Shown here: one piece after another, positions 21,164-31,350 of the stretch | Numbering within the stretch: position 1 is the stretch's first letter | Layout of the letters: each line of letters begins with the position of its first letter | NCBI GenBank assembly: GCA_036918135.1 | Contig: JBALDB010000048.1 | Location: 128,001-192,000, forward strand | Direction of reading: 5' to 3' | DNA: 64,000 nt | DNA from: Nostoc sp. | GTDB taxonomy: Bacteria > Cyanobacteriota > Cyanobacteriia > Cyanobacteriales > Nostocaceae | Program-made: the position numbers and the translations under genes | The notes under the pieces: model-generated | Seen by the model: the letters and a program-made list of their open reading frames with translations, nothing else | Database searches by the model: none | Told to the model about the DNA's origin: nothing

Positions 21164-22216
21164 TTAATTATTACATAAAGCTAGGCTCAATAACTCGCGG
21201 TGCATTAATGCCCTATCTACTAAAGATTGTATTTGCTCAGGTGATAATGGATCGCCATTGGCATAATGCTCCATCCAAGTCAGACTAATTAAGTTTGGGT
21301 CATCTGGTAAACTTGCTAAATCCCACCCAGGTATTGCCAATTCTTCCATAAGACGATTTACTTTGGGGTCGTAACTGAGAGCAAAACAGCGACAACCTTC
21401 AGCAGCAGCCATAATTAAGCTGTGGAGGCGCATCCCAATTGCCATTTCCACACCGCGAAACACACCTTTCAAAAGTTGCGGATCTTCCAGACATAAAATT
21501 TTGCTGACATCTTTAAGATGTGGTTGAATAGCTTCGGCAATACTTAAATCTTCACTTTTTTGAAACGGCAGTAATAAAATAAAAGCTTGCGTAGCTTTTT
21601 GAAAATCTACTAAAGCACGAGTTAAGTTAGCCAAACGTGTTTGTGTAAGTTGGGGATGCGATCGCAATGTTAGTGCAACTCTCGGTGCAGGTAAATCCCA
21701 AAGTCCTGGTACTGGTTTCGACTCCAACGCCCAAACTGGGTCTGGAGCTATAATACAAGGAATTTGCCAATCAGATAATAAAGCAGCACTGGCGCGATCG
21801 CGGACGCTGATTTTGGTACAATTACCGAAGGTTTGCCGTGCCAGCCAGCGAGTCTGCGGACGCAGTAAAGGGCCAATACCCTGCGCCCAAGCAACAGTTT
21901 TCAGATTCATTTTCTGCGCCAACGCCATCAGTCCGCCATAATAAAATGGGCTGATGGTACTGGTAACATCTTGAATGATACTCCCGCCACCCCAAATCAA
22001 GGCATCACAAGAGCGCAAAGCTTGCAATACAGGTAAGGCAGCCATGCGATCGTAGGTTTCTACATTGTAGCGATCGCGGGTTTGGTTTGGATTGCCCGAA
22101 AGCACCACAGGCGTCACATCAGTTGGTAACATTTGCAAAAGCGTTGCTAATAAAGCTTCGTCACCACCATTACCTTTACCGTAATATCCAGACAATAACG
22201 CCCGCATCTTTGCCAT
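21164..22216 (-). CDS. csaB: polysaccharide pyruvyl transferase CsaB
   Basis: LSGYYGKGNGGDEA, GGGS..QD.TS, GMRLHS; start 22216 or 22207. Confidence 0.92.
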   Translation of the reverse strand: MAKMRALLSGYYGKGNGGDEALLATLLQMLPTDVTPVVLSGNPNQTRDRYNVETYDRMAALPVLQALRSCDALIWGGGSIIQDVTSTISPFYYGGLMALAQKMNLKTVAWAQGIGPLLRPQTRWLARQTFGNCTKISVRDRASAALLSDWQIPCIIAPDPVWALESKPVPGLWDLPAPRVALTLRSHPQLTQTRLANLTRALVDFQKATQAFILLLPFQKSEDLSIAEAIQPHLKDVSKILCLEDPQLLKGVFRGVEMAIGMRLHSLIMAAAEGCRCFALSYDPKVNRLMEELAIPGWDLASLPDDPNLISLTWMEHYANGDPLSPEQIQSLVDRALMHRELLSLALCNN

Positions 22217-22391
22217 TTGAAATTTTGGATAAAAGGATTTTAGACGATCGACTTTTCTCAAAAATCGATCGGATGTTAGCCATCCTACCAACAACAGATA
22301 AATTTTCTTATGGGAAGATGATCTTATAGAAAGACAAGAGAACTAAATTACTCTTATCTTTCGACTTTTAACTTTTGACTTTTGACTTGTT

Positions 22392-22727
22392 ATGCACGCC
22401 CTTTCGATTCCCACCTGGATTATTCATATTTCTAGCGTTATTGAGTGGATTGTCGCCATTTGGTTAATCTGGACTTACGGCGAACTCACTAATAACCGCA
22501 GCTGGTGGGGATTATCCCTTGCCATGTTACCAGCTTTAGTCAGCGCCATGTGTGCCTGTACCTGGCATTATTTCGACAACGCCGAATCTCTGGAATGGCT
22601 GGTAACGCTTCAAGCTACCATGACCTTAGTTGGTAATTTTACACTTTGGGCAGCAGCATATTTAATTTGGCGTTCTACCAAGTCTGTTAACACTGTTGAA
22701 CCAAAACCTATTAAATCAGAGCAATGA
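22392..22727 (+). CDS. Ycf49/DUF2499 membrane protein
   Basis: HALSIPTWIIHISSVIEW. Confidence 0.85.
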   Translation: MHALSIPTWIIHISSVIEWIVAIWLIWTYGELTNNRSWWGLSLAMLPALVSAMCACTWHYFDNAESLEWLVTLQATMTLVGNFTLWAAAYLIWRSTKSVNTVEPKPIKSEQ

Positions 22728-23017
22728 TTTCTAAAGAAACCCTGTTTGCACTTTCACTGTTTCCCTATTTAGGTTTCTTGTGGTTTATCAGCCGCAGTCC
22801 GCAAATGCCGCGTTTAGCACTGTATGGATTTTACGGCACTCTCGTTTTTGTTGCCATTACCATCCCGGCAGGGATTTATGCTGTATTGCATTATGGTAAG
22901 TCTTTAGCCAATGTGGATTGGTTGCACGGTAGTGCAGAACTATTTTTGACGCTTTCTAACATCTTGCTTGTGCTAGGTTTTGGGCAAGCTGTAAGGCAAT
23001 TAAAAATGAAAAACTAG
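22724..23017 (+). CDS. DUF3593 membrane protein
   Basis: LFALSLFPYLGFL...LANVDWLHGSAE; coupled to DUF2499. Confidence 0.8.
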   Translation: MISKETLFALSLFPYLGFLWFISRSPQMPRLALYGFYGTLVFVAITIPAGIYAVLHYGKSLANVDWLHGSAELFLTLSNILLVLGFGQAVRQLKMKN

Positions 23018-23051
23018 TGTTTGATTGCATAGAGTTATGAGGAAGAAATAA

Positions 23052-23825
23052 ATGGATGTAATTCCAGCAATAGATTTACTAGAAGGTCGTTGTGTGCGAT
23101 TGTATCAGGGAGACTACGATCGCTCACAAGTTTTTAATGAAAACCCGGCTGATGTTGCTAAACAGTGGGTTGAACAGGGCGCTACCAGATTACACGTAGT
23201 CGATCTAGATGGTGCAAAAGCAGGTAAAGTAGTAAATCTTCGGGCAATAGAAGCGATCGCTCAAGTGGTATCAGTGCCGATTGAAATTGGTGGAGGATTG
23301 CGCGATCGCACCAGCGTCCAACAAGTGTTTAATTTGGGCGTACAGTGGGCAATTCTCGGCACCATCGCTGTAGAACAGCCGCAACTAGTGCAACAACTGT
23401 GTGAAGAATTTCCCGAACAAATTATTATCGGTATTGACGCCCGTAACGGACGCGTAGCAACTCGCGGTTGGTTAGAAACTTCAGAAGTTTTAGCAACCCA
23501 ACTGGCTGTGAGAATGCAAGAATTGGGAGCAGCAGCTATTATTTACACCGATATCCACCGTGATGGTACACTGACAGGACCAAATTTAGAAGCTTTGCGA
23601 GAACTTGCTGCGGCAATTTCCATACCAGTAATTGCTTCTGGTGGAGTTAGTTCCGTTACCGATTTGTTGAGTTTGCTAGCGTTAGAACCCCAAGGCGTGA
23701 CTGGTGCAATTGTAGGACGTGCCTTGTACACTGGGGATATTTTACTCAAAGAAGCATTGCGAGCGATCGGCCCTGGACGGATTCAGGATATACCCCCCAA
23801 TTTCGGTTTCTCTAGCTTTGCTTGA
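23052..23825 (+). CDS. hisA: ProFAR isomerase
   Basis: [33 protein letters not shown]. Confidence 0.96.
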   Translation: MDVIPAIDLLEGRCVRLYQGDYDRSQVFNENPADVAKQWVEQGATRLHVVDLDGAKAGKVVNLRAIEAIAQVVSVPIEIGGGLRDRTSVQQVFNLGVQWAILGTIAVEQPQLVQQLCEEFPEQIIIGIDARNGRVATRGWLETSEVLATQLAVRMQELGAAAIIYTDIHRDGTLTGPNLEALRELAAAISIPVIASGGVSSVTDLLSLLALEPQGVTGAIVGRALYTGDILLKEALRAIGPGRIQDIPPNFGFSSFA

Positions 23826-23889
23826 CAAACTACACACACTGACTCGTCCTTTTGAGTACAGTGTTGTCTGTCCTAACTAGTCCGGCTAT

Positions 23890-24291
23890 TTGTTCTCGAC
23901 AACACTGAAGCGATCGCAAATGGCAGCAGGTGTAGAACCGGATACCTGTTTTTATATCCAAAATGCTCGCCAAACGATCGGTAAGCGACGGTTAGATTTG
24001 TCGGTAGATCCACCACCAGATTTAGCAATTGAAATCGATGTTACCTCAAATACCCAGCTTAGTGCTTATGTGGCGTTGGGCGTACCTGAAGTTTGGTGTT
24101 ACGGAAATGGCAAGTTGCGAGTATTTGTCTTAAATCAAGCAGAATATATTGAGATGAAAACTAGTCCCATATTTGGGAAGTTACCTGTGATTGAGGGAAT
24201 ATTGCAGTTTTTGCAATTGAGCCTAACACAAGGATCTAGTAGAGCGCAACGCGCATTTAGGCAGTGGGTACGTGAAGCATTAGTACAGTAA
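23890..24291 (+). pseudogene. 5'-truncated Uma2 endonuclease
   Basis: EPD, PPDLAIEID, GVPEVW present; no room for the N-terminal third after hisA. Confidence 0.7.
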
Positions 24292-24598
24292 TAAATCTCA
24301 AGTTTGGTCAAATATCGCTCAATATAGATTGGGTAGAACGAAATTTAGGCCTTGCTGATTGAAAATATGAATCTGCTTTAAGCAATATGATATTAGATTA
24401 CCTATTTGCTCCAGCCAGCAAGCGATCGCTGACTCATATATTAAGATTTGTATCTATTTTATTAAAAGTCAAGCTGACTACAACGGTAAGATTATCTACT
24501 AACTTTTTTCAATAAATTTAAATTTTTTTCTAAGATTTCTGTAATCGACAATACCCGTAATGTAGATTAAATTGTACTAAATTTCAAAATTTAATATT

Positions 24599-24715
24599 AT
24601 GGGTAATCAAGAGCAACATTCCAACCAAGCATTGAATCAAACACAGGCTAACGGAATAAAGAAGAAGAAACTACAACCTCCTCCAGACATCAAGAAACCA
24701 AAGAAAACTGAATAA
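24599..24715 (+). CDS. possible 38-aa Lys/Pro-rich small protein
   Basis: MGNQEQHSNQALNQTQANGIKKKKLQPPPDIKKPKKTE*. Confidence 0.3.
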   Translation: MGNQEQHSNQALNQTQANGIKKKKLQPPPDIKKPKKTE

Positions 24716-24839
24716 AAACTATTAGACTTTATTGTAGAGACTTAAATTTAATTAAGCCTCTATAACAAGTTGAAAAAATAAATCAACTTGCTTATTTATG
24801 TGAAGAATAAACGTGTTAGTCGTCAGAATCTAAAATGAT

Positions 24840-24930
24840 TAAGCTAATCGTCATTCATTTCTCTAAGATAATTCGCTTGTAGCAAGGGCTTCAGCCCTGG
24901 TTTTATGCAACTTAAATGCTCATTAACTTA
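24840..24930. mobile_element. MITE-like element with GTAG-palindrome core
   Basis: imperfect TIRs TAAGCTAAT..CATTCA / TAAATG..ATTAACTTA; core GTAGCAAGGGCTTCAGCCCT. Confidence 0.45.
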
Positions 24931-24993
24931 TAAAATCAAGAGTGCTATAGCTTCTTAAATCTAGTCAAATTATTCTGTATTTTGAATTCTTAC

Positions 24994-25300
24994 TTATTTA
25001 TTTTTTACTTGACTCTTTGCCTGTTCTAAAGCTATTTCTTTCATTGCCTGATACGAATTCACATTGGAAGTACCTTCAATAGCTTTAACTGCCAAATTCT
25101 AATTGTAAATCAGCTAAACCCTTAACAATACCATCTACTGTATATGTCGAAGCTGCTTGCAGAATTTCTTGACTTTTTGGTTTTTCTGCTTCCTCTTGCT
25201 TGGTTGCTATTTTAAATTCCAGCTTTTTCCTTTGAATAAGAATTTGTTGAAATGCTTGCATTAGTTGTTGTTTGCTGTCCTTGACTCCAACTGTAGTCAT
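24994..25300 (-). pseudogene. internally deleted coiled-coil protein gene(s)
   Basis: N-terminal frame MTTVGVKD...LEFGS* joined out of frame to LAVKAIEGTSN...VKNK*. Confidence 0.65.
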
Positions 25301-25774
25301 ATTCCAACTCCCTTCAATAGGCAATAATTTATCGGGTAGCAAGCCATACCAATGACCACCCTATGCAGACATCAGAGTAACTTTTGTATGGTATTTTTAA
25401 CGCAGTGGAAACACTGAAATAATCAACATCTACTGAGGATAGTACGAGTTATCCACAGTTGTGTCTTTCTGTTTTTTAAGTATATTATTTTGTTATAGTA
25501 GTAAATTGGTACTATTAAATATATTTAATACTAATTTGGTGTTGTCAACAAAAAATTGAAGCTATTTAGTAGATTTAAAGATTTACAGCTACTAAGTAAT
25601 GACTATAAGCAGCTTCCAGCCACAGCGTTTTATAATCAAAATAAGGTTCTGTAGCCTATGTAACTTTTTGTAAAGGAAATCTAAAAGAATTGACCTTAGT
25701 AGAAGCGCGGTTGCACTCAGGCTAGATAATAGATGTAATCATCCTAATTGATACAACCACAGTCCTAGACTTTT

Positions 25775-26536
25775 GTGATATCAATGTATACCAGTGAATC
25801 GACCAAGTACTCTGCCAGAACGGATATTGGACAAACCAGCCGAATTCTGGTGGTAGAAGATGAAGAACTAATCCAGGAAATGGTAGCTGTAGCCCTGGAA
25901 GAAGAGGGTTACGGGGTGATAACTGCCCCCGATGGGCGGTCTGCTGTGGAGTATCTCAAAAGTTTTGAAACCAACTCAGGGGAACTTCCCTTTGACTTGA
26001 TCGTTCTTGATTTGATGCTGCCTCAGATCAATGGTTTAGATATCTGCCGTTTGCTACGTCACCAAGGAAACCCAGTACCAATTTTAATGCTCAGTGCTAA
26101 GGGTAGCGAAACTGACCGCGTTTTAGGTTTGGAAGTAGGAGCAGATGATTACCTCACTAAACCTTTTAGTATGCGCGAGTTAGTGGCTCGCTGTCGTGCT
26201 TTACTGCGGCGTCAGCGCTTAAGCACTTTGCCACAGCTACCAGTATTAAAATTCAAGGATGTAACCTTAAATCCTCAAGAATGTCGCGTACTAGTTCGCG
26301 GTCAAGAGGTGAGTCTTTCCCCGAAAGAGTTTCGCCTGCTGGAACTGTTTATGAGTTACGCACGTCGGGTGTGGTCGCGGGAACAATTGCTAGACCAGGT
26401 TTGGGGCCCAGATTTTGTGGGGGATAGTAAAACCGTAGATGTTCATATCCGTTGGTTACGTGAAAAATTAGAGCAAGACCCCAGCCATCCAGAATATATT
26501 GTGACTGTACGAGGTTTTGGCTATAGGTTTGGATAA
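25775..26536 (+). CDS. sphR: phosphate regulon response regulator (OmpR/PhoB family)
   Basis: receiver plus winged-helix domain; adjacent to kinase and phoU. Confidence 0.9.
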   Translation: MISMYTSESTKYSARTDIGQTSRILVVEDEELIQEMVAVALEEEGYGVITAPDGRSAVEYLKSFETNSGELPFDLIVLDLMLPQINGLDICRLLRHQGNPVPILMLSAKGSETDRVLGLEVGADDYLTKPFSMRELVARCRALLRRQRLSTLPQLPVLKFKDVTLNPQECRVLVRGQEVSLSPKEFRLLELFMSYARRVWSREQLLDQVWGPDFVGDSKTVDVHIRWLREKLEQDPSHPEYIVTVRGFGYRFG

Positions 26537-26589
26537 TTAGTTTAGATAGTTGTTAGTTTTGAGTAATCATCAAAAAACTAACAACTCAA

Positions 26590-27915
26590 ATGCTCTTATT
26601 GGGATTTTTTGTGGGTTTAGCGGTAGGCATTGGGTTTTGGGTTTGGCAACAGGTTCAACTTAACCGCTACCTGAGGCGCGTACTCCAACCGTTAACCCCG
26701 CATTTTGACAAAGTGGGACTGCTATTAATTCCTGGGTTACGGCAGGAAATTATGCTCTTGAAAGAGCAGCGACAAGATTTACAACAGTCGCTGCAAACTT
26801 ACCAAGACTTGCTGGAATTTGCACCAGTAGGATATTTACAGGTAGATGAAGAAAATCAACTGCTGTGGTGCAATCAGCAGGCGCAGGAAATTTTATATCT
26901 GCAAAGGTGGCAACCAGGACAAGTACGGTTGCTGCTGGAGCTGGTACGGTCTTATGAACTCGATCGCTTAATTGAGCAAACTCGTGATTGCCAAAAACCA
27001 CAGACGAAGGAGTGGGTGTTTCATCCTTCTTGTGATAATGCAGCAGAGATACAAACAGTAAAATCTTTAACTTTGCAGGCTTCTAGCTTGCCTTTACCCA
27101 ACGGACAAGTAGGAGTGTTTCTAGAAAATCGTCAACCCCTATTGGATGTAAATCAAGCACGCGATCGCTCTTTTTCTGATTTAGCACACGAACTCAGAAC
27201 GCCGTTGACTTCGATTCGTTTGGTTGTAGAAACTTTACAAAACCGTTTGGAACCACCTTTAAATCGCTGGGTTAACCGTCTGATGCAAGAAGTTGACCGA
27301 CTGATTAACTTGGTGCAAAGCTGGTTAGAACTCACCCAAATGGAAACAAACCCCAACATCCAATTGCAAACCGAAGCTGTAGAATTGCGATCGCTAATTG
27401 CATCTGTTTGGGAAAATTTAGAACCTCTAGTACAACGGCAAAATCTGTCTTTGAGTTATTCGGGGCCAGAAAATCTTTGGATTAAAGCAGATCCAGCCCG
27501 CATCCACCAAGTTTTTCTCAATTTGCTGGACAACAGCATTAAATATAGTCTTCCTTCTACTTGCGTTCACGTCCAGGCGAAAATCATATCGACAAATAAT
27601 AATGGCGGCAATCCTGGTTTGTCATCTGTCGAAATAAATCTTATTGATTCTGGATTAGGTTTTTCCCAAGCAGATTTACCCCACGTTTTCGAGCGATTTT
27701 ATCGGGGAGATAAAGCCAGAACCCATTCGCAGCAGGATAGTAATTCTATAGGGGCGATTGTTGGCAATGGTTTAGGGTTAGCGATCGTTCAACAAATTCT
27801 TTTGGCTCACGGCGGTTCAATCAAAGCGATGAACCATCCAGAAACAGGTGGAGCCTGGATGCAAATTCAATTTCCTCAAGTCATGGCAAACTCTTTAAGC
27901 CAAGACTATAGTTAA
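26590..27915 (+). CDS. sphS: phosphate sensor histidine kinase (PhoR-like)
   Basis: AHELRTPL, NLLDNSIKY, DSGLG, GLGLAI; gene context. Confidence 0.9.
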   Translation: MLLLGFFVGLAVGIGFWVWQQVQLNRYLRRVLQPLTPHFDKVGLLLIPGLRQEIMLLKEQRQDLQQSLQTYQDLLEFAPVGYLQVDEENQLLWCNQQAQEILYLQRWQPGQVRLLLELVRSYELDRLIEQTRDCQKPQTKEWVFHPSCDNAAEIQTVKSLTLQASSLPLPNGQVGVFLENRQPLLDVNQARDRSFSDLAHELRTPLTSIRLVVETLQNRLEPPLNRWVNRLMQEVDRLINLVQSWLELTQMETNPNIQLQTEAVELRSLIASVWENLEPLVQRQNLSLSYSGPENLWIKADPARIHQVFLNLLDNSIKYSLPSTCVHVQAKIISTNNNGGNPGLSSVEINLIDSGLGFSQADLPHVFERFYRGDKARTHSQQDSNSIGAIVGNGLGLAIVQQILLAHGGSIKAMNHPETGGAWMQIQFPQVMANSLSQDYS

Positions 27916-27944
27916 AAAATATCTTCACGTTTGAGATTACAAGT

Positions 27945-28613
27945 GTGAAAGCTGTCCGTTACAGTCCCAATCCTCAGAGACCCCAACTGGCACGCGGTAT
28001 TAGGCGTTTAGAACGGGATATATTACGCATGGGAGCTTTGGTAGAACAATCATTTCGCCTCAGCCACCAAGCGTTATTTGCTCGTAACTTAGCAGCAGCA
28101 GAGGAACTTCCCCGATTAGATAAAAAAATCGATCGTTTTTATAGACAAATAGAATCAGACTGTACAGCGATTATGACGCTGCAATCACCTACAGCACAAG
28201 ATTTACGTTGCTTGAGTGCTTTTATGCAGCTAGTGCGAGACTTAGAGCGCATTGGTGATTATGCTAAGGATTTAGCTGAGATTGCGATTAAAATCTTTCC
28301 TTATGCACCTCATATGTCTTTACCAGAGATTGAAGTTATGTCCCGTCACGCTCAAGCAATGTTAGCAACTAGCTTAGTGGCTTTAGCAGATTTTGATGAA
28401 GCAGGTGGACGAGGTTTAAAGCACTTAGATGATACTGTAGACGATGCTTACGATCGCGTTTATCAGACTTTAGCCCAACAACGCGACGTACCAGGCGTCG
28501 TTGAGCCTATTGTACTGTTGGCACTGGCGATTCGTTGTTTAGAACGTATGGCCGATCATGCGACTAATATCGGTCAAAGGGTTGCATATATCGTCACTGG
28601 TCAACGCTCTTAA
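27945..28613 (+). CDS. phoU: phosphate signalling protein PhoU
   Basis: DLERIGDY, LERMADHATNI. Confidence 0.95.
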   Translation: MKAVRYSPNPQRPQLARGIRRLERDILRMGALVEQSFRLSHQALFARNLAAAEELPRLDKKIDRFYRQIESDCTAIMTLQSPTAQDLRCLSAFMQLVRDLERIGDYAKDLAEIAIKIFPYAPHMSLPEIEVMSRHAQAMLATSLVALADFDEAGGRGLKHLDDTVDDAYDRVYQTLAQQRDVPGVVEPIVLLALAIRCLERMADHATNIGQRVAYIVTGQRS

Positions 28614-28700
28614 ATTAGCGAACAATTACCAGTTATCACTTATCAAGATGAATTTGATAACTGATAACTGTTCGCTGTTGACTGATAAAGCTTGCTTAAC

Positions 28701-28850
28701 AGGACTTACGCACTGACTACGATTTTACGTCATTACGAGCGAAGCGAACGCGAGTGCGTCTCGTAGAGAAGTAATCACCAAAAACTCTGGGATTGCTTCC
28801 CTACACTACGTTCCGGTCGCAATGACATTGGGAGTGCTTGGCGGAGTCCT
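28701..28850. mobile_element. nested MITE-like element
   Basis: TIR AGGACTTACGCA / TGGCGGAGTCCT around a GTCATTACGAG...TCGCAATGAC palindrome (28729-28826). Confidence 0.65.
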
Positions 28851-29077
28851 ACTTAAATTGGAACTTTCCAAGACAGTCAATTATCAGAAAATCCCAAAAC
28901 TGAGAATAAAAAATAAATATATCCTACTTTCTACTTTCTTTTTGAAAGTAAAGAACACGAAGAAATAGTTCAAATAATTCTTGGGTAACTACTAACTCAA
29001 ACCAAGCACTGTTATAAAATCTTTATCAATAGTATGAGTTTTAATAATGTATCAAATAAAATTAACTTAACTAAATA

Positions 29078-29107
29078 TTTTACAAAAAGCTTACCTTTTC
29101 TTAAACT
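29078..29107 (+). promoter_or_regulatory. possible Pho box upstream of the porin
   Basis: TTTTACAA, GCTTACCT, CTTAAACT at 11-bp period; degenerate match to YTTAAYYW. Confidence 0.3.
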
Positions 29108-29371
29108 TACACAATTAAAGTAACTGATAAATAGCTAAATGATTTTCTTCTATCTTACTAATAGATAGTTGAATGTAAAAGTTATTGACTACAAGCGGTG
29201 CATTATTTTGTGGTTACCAAAATTAACTAATTAGTAATTTTAATTTAGCAGAATATCAACTTGCTTGTGTTAATTAAAGGTGATAAGGTATAATCGGTGC
29301 TGTGATTTTGTGTGAAATCACCAGAGGTAAAGTGTTGATAAACATTTTGCCATGATTGGATTTAATTAGGT

Positions 29372-31027
29372 GTGAGTGAAAGTAAAAATATGACAAAGCA
29401 ATTTTGGAATCTGATTAAAGTTAGTCCAATTGCGATCGCGGCTACATTTTTCGTGACAAATAGTGCCTTTGCTGCTGAAGTTAACGAAGAAGTCACAACT
29501 GTTAATCAGTTATCTCAAGCTGAAGATTCAAACAATATCGATCAAGTAACATCTGTTTCTCAGTTTTCGGATGTGCAGCCCACAGATTGGGCATTCCAAG
29601 CTTTACAATCCCTGGTTGAGCGCTACGGTTGTATTGCAGGTTATCCCAATAGTACCTATCGCGGTAACCGTGCTTTAACCCGTTATGAATTTGCCGCAGG
29701 TTTGAATGCCTGTTTAGACCGAGTTAACGAATTGATTGCTACAGCTACAGCCGACTTGGTAAGCAAACAAGACTTGGCTACCTTACAGCGTTTACAAGAA
29801 GAATTTTCTGCTGAACTAGCAACTTTACGCGGTCGTGTAGATGGCTTAGAAGCCCGCACTGCGGAGTTGGAAGCTAATCAATTCTCCACTACTACCAAGT
29901 TGGTTGGAGAAGCAATTTTCGCTGCGTCTGATGTTTTTGGCAACCAAAGGGCTGATACAGATGCTAACCCTGACAATAACCCAGACTTAAATAGCAATGC
30001 CACTTTTTCTGACCGGGTTCGTTTGAACTTATATAGCAGCTTTAGTGGTACAGACCAGTTGCAAATCCGGTTGAATGCTAACAACACTATCTCTAATGCT
30101 GGTGTGAGCGGTACTAACATGACCCGTTTGGGTTTTGATGGTAATAATGGCAACTCTGTTGTCATCGATAAAGCTAACTATGCTTTTAACTTCTCTGATG
30201 CAGTGCGTGTCAAAGTTGATGCCACTAATTTAGAATTATACGAAAACGTCAATACCTTCAACCCTGACTTTGCTAGCTCCGGTAGAGGTGCGCTCTCTCG
30301 TTATGGACGTTTCAGCCCGATTTATCGCCAAGGTCAAGGAGGCGCTGGTTTAACTGTTACTTTCAATCCTAAAGGTCCGATCAGTTTGACTGGTGCTTAT
30401 GTAGCTAGGACTGCTAACGATCCTACCGTTAATAATGGTCTGTTCGATGGTGATAACGCTATCTTTGGTCAGTTATTTTTCCAACCTAACAAAGCCTTTA
30501 GTGTTGGTCTAACCTATGCCCGTACTTATCAAAGTGATGGTGCTATAAACAACCTTTTCCAAGGTACAGGTAGTACTTTTGCTAACAATCCTTTTGGAGT
30601 TGGCACTCGTACTTTAGCCAATAACTACGGTGTAGAAGCTAGCTTTCAATTTAGCCCTAAATTGGTGCTTAGTGGTTGGGGAGGTTATACAACTGCTGAT
30701 GCTAAAACTGGTATTAATGCAGGTGCAGATGCAGATATTTGGTATTGGGCTGGATCGCTTGCTTTGAAAGACTTTGGTGGAGAAGGTAACGTCTTAGGCG
30801 TGATCTTTGGTCAACCACCTAGAGTTAGTGGTGGAAGTATAAAAAATGCTGCTGCCAATGTTGATTTAGACGACGATACCTCTTATCACTTAGAGGGTCT
30901 TTACAAGTTCAGGGTCTCTGATAATTTGCAAATCACCCCTGGCTTGCTGGTAATCTTCAATCCAGAGCATAACAACAACAACGATACTGAATACGTAGGT
31001 ACTTTGCGTACTACCTTCACCTTCTAA
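29372..31027 (+). CDS. SLH-domain outer membrane porin (OprB/SomA family)
   Basis: QVTSVSQFSDVQPTDWAFQAL, FSTTTKL, C-terminal RTTFTF. Confidence 0.95.
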   Translation: MSESKNMTKQFWNLIKVSPIAIAATFFVTNSAFAAEVNEEVTTVNQLSQAEDSNNIDQVTSVSQFSDVQPTDWAFQALQSLVERYGCIAGYPNSTYRGNRALTRYEFAAGLNACLDRVNELIATATADLVSKQDLATLQRLQEEFSAELATLRGRVDGLEARTAELEANQFSTTTKLVGEAIFAASDVFGNQRADTDANPDNNPDLNSNATFSDRVRLNLYSSFSGTDQLQIRLNANNTISNAGVSGTNMTRLGFDGNNGNSVVIDKANYAFNFSDAVRVKVDATNLELYENVNTFNPDFASSGRGALSRYGRFSPIYRQGQGGAGLTVTFNPKGPISLTGAYVARTANDPTVNNGLFDGDNAIFGQLFFQPNKAFSVGLTYARTYQSDGAINNLFQGTGSTFANNPFGVGTRTLANNYGVEASFQFSPKLVLSGWGGYTTADAKTGINAGADADIWYWAGSLALKDFGGEGNVLGVIFGQPPRVSGGSIKNAAANVDLDDDTSYHLEGLYKFRVSDNLQITPGLLVIFNPEHNNNNDTEYVGTLRTTFTF

Positions 31028-31041
31028 AATTGGCAATTAGA

Positions 31042-31077
31042 TAAACAAAACCCCATTTTGAAGTGGGGTTTTGTTTA
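31042..31077. terminator. bidirectional intrinsic terminator
   Basis: AAACAAAACCCCA...TGGGGTTTTGTTT between convergent genes. Confidence 0.85.
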
Positions 31078-31089
31078 GGAAAAAATTGG

Positions 31090-31350
31090 CTATGTTGGAT
31101 TATAATCTGGCTGGTTGGATAAATCTTTTGGGCGGCGATCGCTACTCCAAGCCCACCATACACAACCACACTGGCAATAATAGAACTCTTGCCATTTACG
31201 ACGACGGTCTTCTGTAAGTACAGGCGAGCGGCGATTTAACCAAACTTTTTCAGCTTCAAGGCTACTTGAGTAACAGCTAGGACAGCAGAACTCATAAGCG
31301 TGTACTGCCTTATTTGTCCATTCGGGTGGGAGCAGAGCAAAAGCATCCAT
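31090..31350 (-). CDS. hypothetical Cys-rich (CxxC, CxC) protein
   Basis: likely start MDAFA at 31350; CCPSC and CQCGC. Confidence 0.7.
   Translation of the reverse strand: MDAFALLPPEWTNKAVHAYEFCCPSCYSSSLEAEKVWLNRRSPVLTEDRRRKWQEFYYCQCGCVWWAWSSDRRPKDLSNQPDYNPT

Noticed and set aside
5591..24291. Three Uma2 nucleases plus GIY-YIG as a defence island
   Set aside because: Uma2 genes are highly expanded and scattered in cyanobacteria; these are dispersed among housekeeping genes with no cognate partners.
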